The translations under genes were made by a program, and so were the position numbers. From positions 67,704,001-67,768,000 of the forward strand of contig NC_043006.1 in the NCBI RefSeq assembly GCF_006345805.1: DNA of 64,000 bases, read 5' to 3'. Within the stretch, counting starts at the first letter, position 1, and each line of letters starts with the position of its first letter. The DNA is from Octopus sinensis (taxonomy: Eukaryota). This document shows, one piece after another, positions 14,034 to 28,100 of the stretch. The notes under the pieces were generated by a model. It was not told the origin of the DNA. It saw nothing but the letters and a program-made list of their open reading frames with translations, and made no database searches.

Positions 14034-17000
14034 GTATGTCTGTATACAGGGTGTGGTGAATAAACTGTTGTCTAAATTGCACAAAAATGAAAATAACACG
14101 GGGATCTCATTTTAAGATATATTGTATTTGCCAAGTAAGTAAAATTGCTACATGGCTTCAACCATGGCCTCCAGATGACTTCAGAATCTCCTGCAACTCT
14201 TCTAGATAGTCTCCTTGTTTAAGTTGATGAATGCTGCCATAATCCTTGCTTTCAGTTCGTTTTTGGTGTTACAAGGAGTTTTGTTGGTCTCTTACTCAAC
14301 TGTGCTCCGCACATAATAATCGAGGGGGTTGCAGTCTGGGTTACTAGGTGACCTGATGTTAAGGATTATGTGGTCGCAGAAATTGTCAGACACCTACGGC
14401 TGGGTTCTTTAGCTTCTGTGGAATGGTGCAGAGTCCTGTTGCTTGACATAGGGTGTTCCAGCAGCCATCCTCTTGACCAAGAGCAGCACTACTTCCTCCA
14501 GGCACTTGATGTAGGCCTCTGTGTTGAGTCTGAGGTAGCGTGGAAAGATGAATGGAGGCATAACATCGCCATCACTAGTGGTCACTCCAAACAATGATGT
14601 TGTTTGGATGTTTAATTTTGATTATTCTTAGTACATGTCCTCAGATTGACACCCGAACACTCTGAAATGTCCATATTGAAGCATCTGGCAAGTAGTATTG
14701 CATATCATTTCCAAATTTCTGGCAGAGAGAATTGGGTCATGGTGCTGTTTTTCTCACAAACGGTCCCCAACTAACCTTACTATACTGTGTAGTCGACAAA
14801 ATCAAAAACAATGTACATGCATGAAATTAGAAATATAAAATGGCAACAATTTACCCATCGCACCCTATATATATATATATATATATATATTTTCTCTATT
14901 TGTATCTGTCTGCCTCTGTATCTATCTGTCTACCTATCTGTCTGACTATCTATCTATCTATCTATTTATCTATCTATCTGTTTCTATATATATTTTTTTC
15001 TTCCACCCTCTCTCTCTACAGGAGAGACATAAACGGCGAATGACAAGTGCGAAGAAATGCACGCGTAGGTGTTCAACTTGTTAGTGTGCACTGTGTGTGT
15101 TTTGTTCAGTTTTATTTGTATTCCTTATTTCCTCCTCCTGCAGGTCAATAAATTCACACACACACACACACACACACTCATTCTCATATGCATATATATA
15201 TCTATATATATGTGTGTGTGCATGCACACATTTAAGATGCACATACCTACATACATAAACTCATAAATACATCCAGACACTTGCGCATATATATATATAA
15301 TACGCACATTACAAACAGTAAGAAAATACATTTGCACACACATCTAGGTAACCCATATAAAGATACCCACCAATATACAACGCATGATGTGTGTGTGTGT
15401 GTGTCTTTTCAAATGGAGGTTATTGTGTGTCAGTGTGTATGCATGTCCATAGAAAGCTTGCATGAAGAAGGCTTTCAGCTTTGATTCATCCTTCAAAAAA
15501 ATTTGTGTGGGTGTGATAACCATAGCTTTTTTTTTTCTTCTTTTACACTTTTTTTGGTTGTTTTAGATTATCTTTCTTCACCTCTCTGTACTGGCAAATC
15601 GGCTGCCTCTAAATATGGGGATATTCTTTTAGTCATTTGACTGCGGCCATGCTGGGGCACCACCTTCAGTTGAACAAATCGATCTCCAGGACTTATTCTT
15701 TGTAAGCCTAGTACTTATTCTATCGGTTTCTTTTGATGAACTAAATTACTGGGACATAAACACACTAATATTGGTTATAAAGCAATGGCAGGAGGACAAA
15801 CACAGACACAGAAATACACACACACACACACATATATGATGGGCTTCTTTCAGTTTCCATCTACGAAATCCACTCACAAGTCTTTGGTCAGCTATAGTAG
15901 AAGAGAAGACACTTGCTCAAGGTGCCACGCAGTTGGACTGAACCTGGAACCATGTGGTTGGGAAGCAAGCTTCTTACCACACAGCCATTCCTGCACCTAA
16001 TATATATATAATGCACTCATTGCATACTGCCCAGGTGCACTGCAGCTCATCTGGAAAAGTATCCAAAACTGCAGGAACAGTACATAGAATAGTGCACAGG
16101 AAGTGAACAGTGAATGAGTTGCTTACAAAAAAAAAAGGGTGGGAGGACATCAGATGTGCTGTTGGTGAATTTCAGGAAACCAGGAAGTCTTGGAAGATGT
16201 AGTGTCCTGAAAGCAGCTAACAACTGATGCAGGTAATTTATTCCATGCTTCAGCAACTCTGAGCATGAAAAAAATGTTTCTGGAATTCATGGGTGCTGTG
16301 TTGTGTTTATTGAATTTCTAAGCATGTCCATGAGTGTTAGACATTATAGAATTCAAAAAGCTCCCCAAGGATGTTGTTGGTAAAATAGTGGGCAAACTTG
16401 TGAATGTCCACCGACTCAGTTGCCAGACATTGGAGCTTTAATGTGTCCATGCTCCAAAACACAAGACATTCAGGGTATGGCAGATACCAGAAAGCGGGTA
16501 TTCATTTGGTTGCAGGTTTCTGAACAGTTTCCAGGAGATTCATCATTGTTGCCAAAAAGCTCCCTTGGTCTTGTATTTAGCTTGTTATTTAGACCCCAAG
16601 TCAACTCTCCATACACAGAACTATGGTCAGAGGCAGTCCAACTATGGCCAACCTGTTTTATAAGGTTGTCTGATTTCATCATAGTGTTCTTTTTGGTGGG
16701 TGGGGGAGTAAGGATCTAGGATGTGTGATGGTGATTTGCTTGCTACTTCTAGCAAGCTGAGCAATCCTGTACAGAGTCCCTTGTTAGCTCATTGGTGGTG
16801 GTAATTATCTCTAGAAGAGAGGACTAGCAGCTTGTGGTGTTTGGTGTGGGATTTAGAGAGAAAAAGGGTGTGGCTTTGGGAAAATTGGATGGCCTGATGA
16901 AATGTGTGAGATTCTAGGGAGAGATGTCTTTGGTTTGTGTGTCTTATGAGTAGTAGAAATGTGAAGTTGTAACATTCATACATTTACCAATCAATTGAAC

Positions 17001-17380
17001 AGATAATTTAATTTGTACGTAATTTAGATGGTAAAAGTCAATGTAACTCCCTAAAACACATGTACACATACACACACACACATGCACACTACATGATATG
17101 TGTATGTATGTATGTATGTATGTATATATATATATGTGTGTGTATATATATATATATATATATAAAGGAATACAAAAAAATGGGACAACAATGCAAAACA
17201 TCCAGACAGAGGATACAAAAAAGGGACAAGAAAAAACACAGACAAGTCATTTGAAGTTTCGAATGACCCATCCATGTTTTTTCTTGTCCCTTTTTTGCAT
17301 CCTCTGTCTGGATGTTTTGCGTTCTTATCCCATTTTTTGTATTCCTTTTTATAAACATATTGTGGTGTTCATACACTTTG

Positions 17381-17416
<36 letters not shown>

Positions 17417-20400
17417 ATAATCAATCAGGAAGGATAAATTATATTTTGCTTGTAGGATGGAAGGAATTTATGGGGTTACTATCTTGTTCTGTATTAACGT
17501 GAAGGTAGAGGAGATCTTGGAACTTCAACCAGTCATCAGCTCTGCCTGCCTAGCATGTTCTAATGTTAACTACTGACTTGTGCTTGCTTTTGTTTTCTTG
17601 AAATTTGGCCAATTCAATAACCTAGGTGATTTTAATCACCTTCATTTTTGCATTAAGTGCCTTTCAATAACTTACTGATCTGCATGATCCTTGGAGTGCA
17701 CTGACCCTTCTTCTGGAGTGTTTATTTAACTTCGTTGTTTAATGCAGGCCTGCATATTCCCTACAGTCACCAGAACATATTCTAATTGATGCCATCACCA
17801 AACACTCCTACAAATAAAGTCACCACATCAGCATCTACAAGCAATAATGTTGCCAAAACAACCCCTATAGGTAGAGCTATTGACTGAAATAGTTCTTACT
17901 AGCAGCACTATTGTACTGTTGCCCAAACCACCCCTTGCAGGCAGTACTGTTGCCGAAACAGCTCCTTGGAGGCAATACTGTCACCCAAACGGCCCCTGCA
18001 GGCTGTACTGTCGCCGAAACGGACCCTGCAGGCAGTACTGTCACCCAAACAGACCCTGCAGGCAGTACTGTCGCCCAAACAGACCCTGCAGGCAGTACTG
18101 TCGGCCAAACAGACCCTGCAGGCAGTACTGTCACCCAAACAGCCCCTGCAGGCAGTACTGTTGCCAAACGGCCTCTGCAAGCAGTACTGTCACCCAAACA
18201 GACCCTGCAGGCAGTACTGTCACCGAAACAGCCCCTGCAGGCAGTACTGTTGCCCAAACGGCCTCTGCAAGCAGTACTGTCGCCCAAACAGACCCTGCAG
18301 TTTGTATTCTCAACAAAACAGCTCCTACAGGCACATCAAAATAGTTCCTACAAGCAGTATCATTACCAAAACAGCTCCTGTTTGTACTTTCACCAAAATA
18401 GACCCTACGGGCAGTACTTCCCTGAAATAACCCCTTCTGTATCCACTTTCACAGTAACCACCACTATATTCAGCTATCTAGTTACAATGCTGAGATAATT
18501 TTATCCCTGCTCTTTATAATTAAATTTTTCATATTACTGTTGTTGATATTCATAATAATGTTTTTATGCCCATTTTCTGTTTTCTCTTATTTTCTTTCTC
18601 TCTCTCCCTCTCTTGTGCCACTGACCTTCACATGCCTTTTTCTTCACACATTAATGGTTTCTTTTTTCTTTTTTTTTTTTTTCGCTTGTTGCCTTTCTCC
18701 ATTTCAGTGCCAAGATGGCCGTACACCTCTTCATATGACTGCCCTTCATGGCAGATTTACTCGGGCACAGACCTTAATTGAGTATGGTGAGCAGATCCTC
18801 TTTTGGTTGGTTCATTGTTTTTGTCTTACCCCCAAATGATTCTTGATTGAGGAAATCTACAATGGTACTGTGTGTGTGTGATTGGCAGGACCCTATGATG
18901 GTATAGTATATGGTTGGTGAGTGATGCATAGAGGCTCCCTTGTTTGCTTCAGCAAGAAATGTCCTATTGTGGACATGAGTGACCATGCAGAGGTTCCTGA
19001 ATTATGGGGCATCCCTTGTTTTTTTGTTAAAGACCTAACTGACTATTTCTAAAGACCCTCTGACCTTCTCATTTTTGAGAGCAATGGGATCAGTCAGTAT
19101 TGAAAAGTAAAACATAACTTAAGATGTATGCATGTAGATGCAAGTATGGCTGCGTGGTTAAGAAATTTGCTTCCCAGCCATAATTGTTTCAGGTTCAGTT
19201 CTACTACATGACACCTTGAGCAATGTCTTCTACCATAACCCTGGGCTGATCAAAGTCTTGTATGTGGATTTGGTAGACAGAAACTGAAAGATGCCCATTG
19301 TGTGTATATGCATGTATTGGTACAGACATGGCTGTGCAAACGTGGTGTGCACTTCATAACATGATTTTGAGTTCTCAGTGTGGTATCTTGAGTCTCTCGC
19401 TGCCAATGTCTTGCAAATGGAATTGGTAGGCAGAAATTGTATGGAAGACTATCATATGTGTATATGAATGTTTCTGTGAAACTATTTCAGCAAAGTGATG
19501 TTATGTCATGTTGACATACTTTAACAAGTCATGCTCTAGATTTGTACTTTTGAAGACTAATGCAATAGAAAAAAAAATACTTTATCTGAAAAACAAATAA
19601 GGGTTAACAACAGGAAAGGCATCTGGCTAAAAAGTAAATCTTCAATAAGTATTTATCCAACTCATTATAGCATAGAAAAACTCAAGTAAAACAAGGAAAC
19701 AAATATACATACACATATATACATCTGCAGACGTATATATAAACGTACTTTGAAATACACACATAAATTTAGAAGCATGCTAATTATTAACATAATGTTT
19801 GTTTTGGTTTAAATTTTGTGTATGAATGTGTGTGTGTAATATATTTGTGCTGATATACACACTTACTAGCATGTTTACACTAACATACATTACTGCATAT
19901 ATATCGTACTTCATATATACGCATGTGTATATATACACTTGCAAACATGCATCTATGTACACACATGCACACATCTGCATTCATAGTGTGTTTGTTTATG
20001 TACACAAATATCAATCTACTATTTCTGGCAGGGTCGTAATGGTAGACTCCCCAGGCACCTCCGCCATAAGGTCCAATCAGAAACATCCGTCATGACCGTT
20101 CTGGTTGAATTCCCAAATGTGACCAATTGAGACTATGGGACATTGTCCAACCACCTCATTCTTGGTCCACCCACTGGTCTCCTACCAGTTGGCTTGGATT
20201 GAAGAATCAGTCTTGTGATTCTCTCTTGCTATATTCTGATCAAGTAGAAACTCAGCCTGAGGAGAGACTCCTTGATCTCTGAGCTATACATGTCAAGTAA
20301 TGTTGCTTCAGAGATCTTTCGGAGGAACCCCATTTCAGCCACTTGTATCTGCAATCATACACTTTCGGTCATTATCCAACATTCATGGCCATAGGTGAGG

Positions 20401-22154
20401 ATAGGTATGAAAACCAAATTGAAGTTTGGCATTTTTATTTATTTGTTTTACCACCACCTCCTCTTCAGAGGATCAAATATGTATTTGTCACAAACACATA
20501 CACACACACACAGACACACATCTGCACCCCCACTCATACACAATACACACCTCTCTAGGTACATGTTTATGTACATACATATTTGCATATATAGATGAGT
20601 ATATATACATGTATATCATTTATATACTAATTGTGTGTGAAGATATGTGGCTTGGTTGTTAGGGCATTAGGCTCACACTCTTGAAGTTGTGGGTTCAATT
20701 CCTGGACTGAGCAGTATGTTGTATCCTTAGGCAAGGTACTTGATTTCACATTGCTCTAGTCTATTCATCTAAGAAGAGGAACCACCAAGCGCTGGGGCCA
20801 TGATCTCTCCTTCCAGCCGTCATATCCTCCATGTTTCAGTAGGTCAAGGATGGGAAAGTTGAGGTGTCTCTGTCTGCTCAAGAGTACATAAGCACCTAAA
20901 ACCCATTACTGAAAGCATGATACAGGTTACCAAATTATCACTTGTAGGTGACAGTTTTTCCAGCATACAGGTTGTCATAGGGATGATGTTGAAATGTTTA
21001 CACTACATACTATCCTTCCAAATCCTGCTACGATTCCCATGGAAACTTTTGGTCCCCCAAGGTCACCTTGGTGTAAAAGTCAACCTACTTTTTTTGGCTG
21101 TAAACCTTGACCTGGAAAATTCAATTTGTATGCCAGAAAATATGGCATATAATATATATTAAATGTATTAGAATATGCATGCATTATAGATGTGCACATG
21201 TACACACACAAATACACACACACTCATACACACATGTAACAACACACAGACAGACAAGAACAAGAGGTGGCAGCAGATGACATTTGAATGTAATTTGAGC
21301 CTATATTTTCTGCTTTCTATTTATACAGGTTGCGAGATAGATGCGTGTGATAAATACGGTAACACTCCGCTGCACATTGCTGCAAGATATGGTCATGAAC
21401 TGATGATTAATACATTACTGGAAAATGGAGCTAATTCTTACATGTAAGTAATACATACTAATTCATATAACACACACACATGCACATGCACATATGAGTG
21501 TGTGTGTATCTTTTTGTTTGTTTTAGTCATTAGGCTGTGGCCATGCTGGGGCACTGTCTTGAAGAATTTTAGTTAAATGAATCGACCCCAGAACTCTTTC
21601 TTTCTTTCTTTCTTATTTTCAAAAGCCTGGTCTCTCTTGCTGCACCATTAAGTTACAGGGACATAAACATACCTACACATACACACACACGCACATTATT
21701 CATGCATGCATACATGTGTACACACACACACATACATGTATACACACATGCATACACGCATGCATGCATATATATATACATGCACACATACATATGAATA
21801 CATATACATGCATACATACACACACATGCGTACATATACACACACATACATGAATACATATACACACATACATGCATACATATACACACATACATGCACA
21901 CAAGCATGCATACATACACACACATACATGCATACATACATACATGCATGCATACACACACATACATGCATGCATGAATGCATACACACAGAACAGGTTT
22001 CTTTCAGTTTCTATCTGCCAAATCCACTCGTAAGGCTTTGGACAGGCGAAGGGCATAGTAGAGCACCCTTGCCCAATGTGGCATGTAGTGGGACTGAATC
22101 CAGAGCCATGTGGTTGGGAAGCAAACTTCATACAACACAACCACATCTACATAT

Positions 22155-22185
<31 letters not shown>

Positions 22186-24827
22186 CACACATGCGCACGC
22201 ACACACACATGTATATTGTTTGCCCTTGGGTCAAGTTATGATAAAAACAACTTAACATTAAACTCAATACTTTTTGTAGATTATATTTTTATGAAACTTT
22301 TACAAGAAATGGGTTGACAGTAAGTTCGAAGTTTCAGCCTGTTAGCCTTTTTCAAACAGTTGGCCGAAAGCTATCAAACATCGAAGTCATTGTCATTTCT
22401 CTTCTTGTGAAAGTTTAATATCTTTCTCTCTCTCTCTCTCTCCCCCCGCTGAGTGTATGCAAACATATATTTATTGAATGTCAAACCATCATCATTGTCA
22501 TCATTTCCACAGCCTCCTTTGCATGGTAACATGGATTGGATGGAGACTTTTAAGGCTGTATTTTACAGCCAGATCCCCTTCTTGACAAAAATACTTGACA
22601 CACTGGGATAGAGTAGCCCCTATTTTAAAAAACTGGGATACACACTCAATCTATTACATTTACATACATATACACCGCCACCGTTATTATCCTGATTACC
22701 ATCATCACCGTTTCTGTCCTCATCACCACCACCATCACTATCACCACCACCCTCACTGCCACCAACACCATCACTACCACCACCACCATCACTATCACCA
22801 CCACCACCACCATTACCACCACCATCGCTATCACCATCACTATCACCACTACCACCACCATCACTACCACCAACACCATCACTACCACCAACACCATCAC
22901 TACCACCAACACCATCACTACCACCAACACCATCACTACCACCAACACCATCACTACCACCAACACCATCACTACCACCAACACCATCACTACCACCAAC
23001 ACCATCACCTCTACCATCACTACCACCACCACCATCACCATCACTATCACCACTACCACCAACACCATCACTCCCACCAACACCATCACCACCACCATCA
23101 CCATAACTATCACCATCACCATAACTATCACCATCACAAGCAACATCACTACTACCCCCACCATCACTTCCACTACCACCACCTTTGTTGCTACTGCTAC
23201 CATTGGGACCACCATCGTTATCACGACCTTTATCCAATATTATTGCCATTAAAGAATCCTCGTTAATATCACTGCTAGTACTACCACCACCACCAATCAA
23301 CTGTTTATTCTAACATCATTAACAATGATGATGATACTATTGTCTCTAACTTCATCTCTTCTCTCTCTTTTTCTTTCCGTCGGTGACGTCCACTCAGGCC
23401 TGGCTGTAATGGTATGGTCCCTATACATGTAGCTGCCCTCAATGGTTATGTGGACTGTGTGAAGAAATTGTTTAATCATATGGCTGACTTCGATATCAAT
23501 ATGCCAGACGATTGTGGCCGGACTTGTCTACATGCTGCTGCTGTTAGCGGGTAAGTGATCAATGGTCAGTGGCTGGAGTGTTTGTGCCTGCTCAGTAAAT
23601 GACTGAAGTAGGCATTTGTGGTTAGTGACCAAAGTGGGGGGCGTGGGCAGTGAGAGGGGGCAAAGTGGGTGGGGGTGGTCAGCAAGTGGCCAAACCGTTG
23701 GGGGTGGTCAATGAATGACCAAATCTGGGTGGAGGTGGTATGTGTGGTCAGTAAGTGACCAAAGTATGAGAGGGTGGGGATCAGTGACTGAAGTGGATGG
23801 TTATGGATGTGGTGAATGAGTGACCAAAGTGGAGGGTATGGGCGTGATCAGTGAGGGAGAGCCAAAGTGAGTGGTGGGTGGAGGTGGTCAATGAGTGACC
23901 AAATCTGGGTGTGTGTGGGTATGTATGATCAGTGAGTGACCAAATTGGGGAGTATTTGTGTGGTCAGTGAGTGGTCAAGAAGTGACCAGTGTGGGTGGAT
24001 ATGGATGTGGTCAACAAGTGACTAAGTGGGTATAAATGTGGTCAGGGAGTGACCAAAGTGAATGCATGTGAGTATAGGTGTGTGGATGTGATTTTGACCA
24101 CCAATATTTAATGCTTATTGGTTAAACTGTCTCTCTCTGGTTTTTACTTGACTAAAACTACAATGGTCTCTCTTCTACACAGCACCTAATTCCTTGCTCT
24201 TTCACCCTCACTTGCCCCTCTGCCCTGCCCCCTCTACTATTCCACCCTCACCAAATCACTTACTCCACCCCCATATTGTTCTATTCTCTTTGCAGTAATG
24301 TTGACTGTGTTGAGTTGTTGCTGTCATACGGTGCCAATGAAATGACTTTGGACAATGAAGGCAGGTAAGAATGCACACACAATCTCTCTCTCTTTCTCTC
24401 TCTCACTGTACACTTATTCACATTGCATTTTGTAAACAATAACATCGTTCGTCATGGGTTTCCAATGCGCCAGTCCATGGTCCACTGTATTTTCTAGGAT
24501 GACAGTGGTAAGGAAGTCTCTGTGTGACTTGGGCGGAAGAAATACCACAAAGGTATTTTTGTTCAAAAGTGCCAGATAAGCGGTCTTTTGTTGGCGTGGA
24601 CAAGAGTAGGGAAAATTCAAATGTTTACATCTTTTGCTGATTCATATATGCATAAGGCTCATACACATATTAGTGTGTATAGATATATATAGGCTTACCA
24701 ACCACATGGTTCCAGGTTCAATCCCACTGTGTGGCACCTTGGACAAGTGTCTTCTACTATAGCCTTAGGCTGACCAAAGCCTTATGAATGGATTTGGTAG
24801 ACAGAAACTGGAAGAAGTCCATTGTAT

Positions 24828-24868
<41 letters not shown>

Positions 24869-25083
24869 GTGTGTGTGTATATGTTTGTATGTCTGTGTTT
24901 GTATCCTCAACATCGCTTGACAACTGATGCTGGTGTGTTTATGTCCCCGTAACTTAGCAGTTTGGCAGAAAAGACTGATAGAAATAAGTACTAGGCTTAC
25001 AAAGAATAAATCCTGGGGTCAATTTGTACGACTAAAAGCAGTGCTCCAGCATGGCTGCAGTCAAATGACTGAAACAAATAAAA

Positions 25084-25129
<46 letters not shown>

Positions 25130-28100
25130 TATATATTAGAAAGGTAGAAAACCCACAAATATCATCAGGAAGATGGCCCTGTTCGATCTGTAGAAAAGGT
25201 GTAGGTAGAAACTCTATAAGATGTACCCAGTGTAAGCTATGGACACATAAGAGGTGCAGCAATGTCAAAGGTAGGCTAACTGGGAAGATAGTTTTTGTAT
25301 GTGGCAGGTGCTCTGGAGCACTGACCTCCGAAAATCTGCAGAAAACAACTTCTGTCACTTTCCGGGGGGAAAAACTAGAAGTAGTTGATAGTTTCCGCTA
25401 TCTAGGTGACCAAGTCAGTAGTGGGGGTGGGTGCGCTGAAAGTGTAACTGCTAGAATAAGAATAGCCTGGGCAAAGTTTAGGGAGCTCTTACCTCTGCTG
25501 GTGACTAAAGGCCTCTCGCTCAGAGTAAAAGGCAGACTGTATGATGCATGTGTACGAACAGCTATGCTACATGGCAGTGAAACATGGGCCGTGACTGCTG
25601 AGGACATGCGTAAGCTCGTGAGGAACGAAGCCAGTATGCTCCGATGGATGTGTAATGTCAGTGTACTTACTCGACAGAGCGTTAGTACCTTGAGAGAAAT
25701 GTTGTACCTAAGAAGCATCAGTTGTTGTGTGCAAGAGAGACGATTGCGCTGGTATGGTCATGTGGCGAGAATGGATGAAGAGAGGTGTGTGAGAAAGTGC
25801 CAATCCCTAGCAGTTGAGGGAACCCGTGGAAGAGGTAGACCCAGGAAAACCTGGGACGAGGTGGTGAAGCACGACCTTCGGACGTTAGGTCTCACCATGG
25901 AAATGACTAGAGACCGAGACCTATGGAAGTATGCTGTGCGTGAGAAGACCCGGCAAGACTAGTGAAGCCATAATCCATGGCCCCTACCTGGGACGTAGTC
26001 AGTCCACCTGTGCATACCTTCCTTCTTGTGACACTTGTGAAGACATGTTGAGGCAAGTGAGAATCGAATCGAATCGAATCGTATCAAATCAAATCGAACC
26101 AAATCAAAATAGATGAACATCAATGGAATTTGTATCCTTGTGGTACCAGTGCCGGTGGCACATAAGAAAACCATCCGAACGTGACCGTAGCCAGTACCGC
26201 AATGACTGGCCTCCGTGCTGAGGGCACGTAACAAACACCATCCGAGCGTGGCCGTCCGCCAGCCTCGTCTAGCACCTGTGTCGGTGACACATAAGAAAAC
26301 ACCATCCGAGCGTGGCCGTCTGCCAGCCTCGTCTGGCACCTGTGTCGGTGGCACATAAAAAACACCATCCGAGCGTGGCCGTCTGCCAGCCTCGTCTGGC
26401 ACCTGTGTCGGTGGCACATAAAAAACACCATCCGAGCGTGGCCGTCTGCCAGCCTCGTCTGGCACCTGTGTCGGTGGCACATAAAAAACACCATCCGAGC
26501 GTGGCCGTCTGCCAGCCTCGTCTGGCACTGTGTCGGTGGCACATAAAATCACCCACTACACTCTCGGAGTGGTTGGCGTTAGGAAGGGCATCCAGCTGTA
26601 GAAACACTGCCACATCTGACTGGCCTGGTGCAGCCTTCGGGCTTCCCAGACCCCAGTTGAACCGTCCAACCCATGCTAGCATGGAAAGCGGACGTTAAAC
26701 GATGATGATGATGATGATGATGATGATATATATATAGGCATGGTTGTGTGGTCAAAAGGCTTGCTTCCCAATCAGTCCCACTATGCTTGAAGTGCCTTCT
26801 ACTATACCCTCAGGTGACCAAAGTCTTATTAGTGTTTTTGGCAGACAGAAAATGAAAGTAGCCTGTTGTGTCTGTGTGTGTGTATTAACATGCATGTGTG
26901 TGTGTGTGCACCCTTGTCTTGACATAATGATTGCAAACAAGCATCACCATCATACAAGTGATGTTGTTCGATTCAGTTCTTCCATGAAAAACATGTTTGG
27001 TTATAAGGAAATTATACTCTACTTAGAAAAAGGTAAGGGTTGGGAGCAGAAAGGGCATTCAGCTATAGAAAACCTGCCTCAACAAATTCAGTCCAATCCA
27101 TGCAAGCATGGAAAAGCGGACATTAAAGTGGTGATTTAGTGTCTAACAGCAATCGCCCATCAGTTACTAGACTTCATAATCATCAACTGCCCATGCTGAT
27201 TGTCTAATCTGTAATATATTAACATAGTGTGTTGTGAATTTATGGAAAGAAATCCTATAAAACTGAACAGTTTTGTTAAAAATGGAGATGTTAAAATATA
27301 TAAGAGAATTGTAATTCATGCAAATTCATGGTTGAACAGAATTAATTAAATTAAATTTAATTAATTATATATCACTATACTCTTCAGTGCAAGAGGTATA
27401 AGCAAAATTTTTACAAAGAACTTGAGAAAGGAAATAGCAGAATAGGATCTAGGGAGGTTCATATTTATCCTTATGAAAAAGAAAAAGAGATGTGAGTCCA
27501 ATTAGGTATTAACTAAAACTAAAGGCTGTAATGGTTGTTTGAAAATATAAGTGAAAGAGGTTTGAGAGACGTTCCCTCCATTTTTTATGGGATTTCTTTC
27601 CATAAATTCACAAAACACCATATACAAGTATTATTTTCATATTTACAAATTTATGCCTGTAAGCTACCAGCAAAATATGACGAATCGGTATTAGAAATCT
27701 TTTTTTGGGGAAATCTCCAAATTAAAGCACAAATCTAAATTCAACCTTTTTACACATATATCTTAACATGTATGTTGTTGTTACTGTTTTATGTAATCGT
27801 TTGTTTTCTGTTGACAGGACGGCTCTCCATTATGCTGCAGCACATGTTCACCAACAGTGTGTGATGGCTCTTATTAATGCAGGCGTTGATATCAACCTCC
27901 AAGACAAGCAAGGTTGCACAGCCCTACATTTTGCTTCTGCTGCTGATGTTGATGCCAAGTACGTTTCCTTCACACTCTCTCTCTCTCTCTCTCTGTGCAC
28001 ATGTATATAACGTTTGATCCACTCCACATGACTTAGTTTCATGTGCGTGTAGGACGTGTCCCTATCATCAGATGCTAGAAACAGTCTGCTCTTAGCTTCC

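Noticed and set aside
20257-20300. CTGAGGA-GAGA..TCTC..CATGTC as a hammerhead
   Set aside because: No GAAA after the stem, and it lies within an antisense RTE coding remnant
21653-22317. Long His/Thr or Cys/Val/Met ORFs (also 5.2-5.5, 17.05-17.5, 39.06-39.5 and 60.3-60.9 kb)
   Set aside because: Translations of (CA)/(TA) microsatellites
22595-23300. 223-aa His-rich ORF (+) and Gly/Asp-rich or Val/Met-rich ORFs (-)
   Set aside because: All arise from a (CAC/CAT)n tract that lacks stops in several frames. There is no splice or domain support, and it lies in the intron before exon h.
26222-26535. CRISPR-like array
   Set aside because: Units are contiguous with no unique spacers, sit in a LINE 3' UTR, and there are no cas genes in this eukaryotic sequence. 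The 23.6-24.1 kb array was also not called CRISPR because its spacers are related low-complexity sequence.
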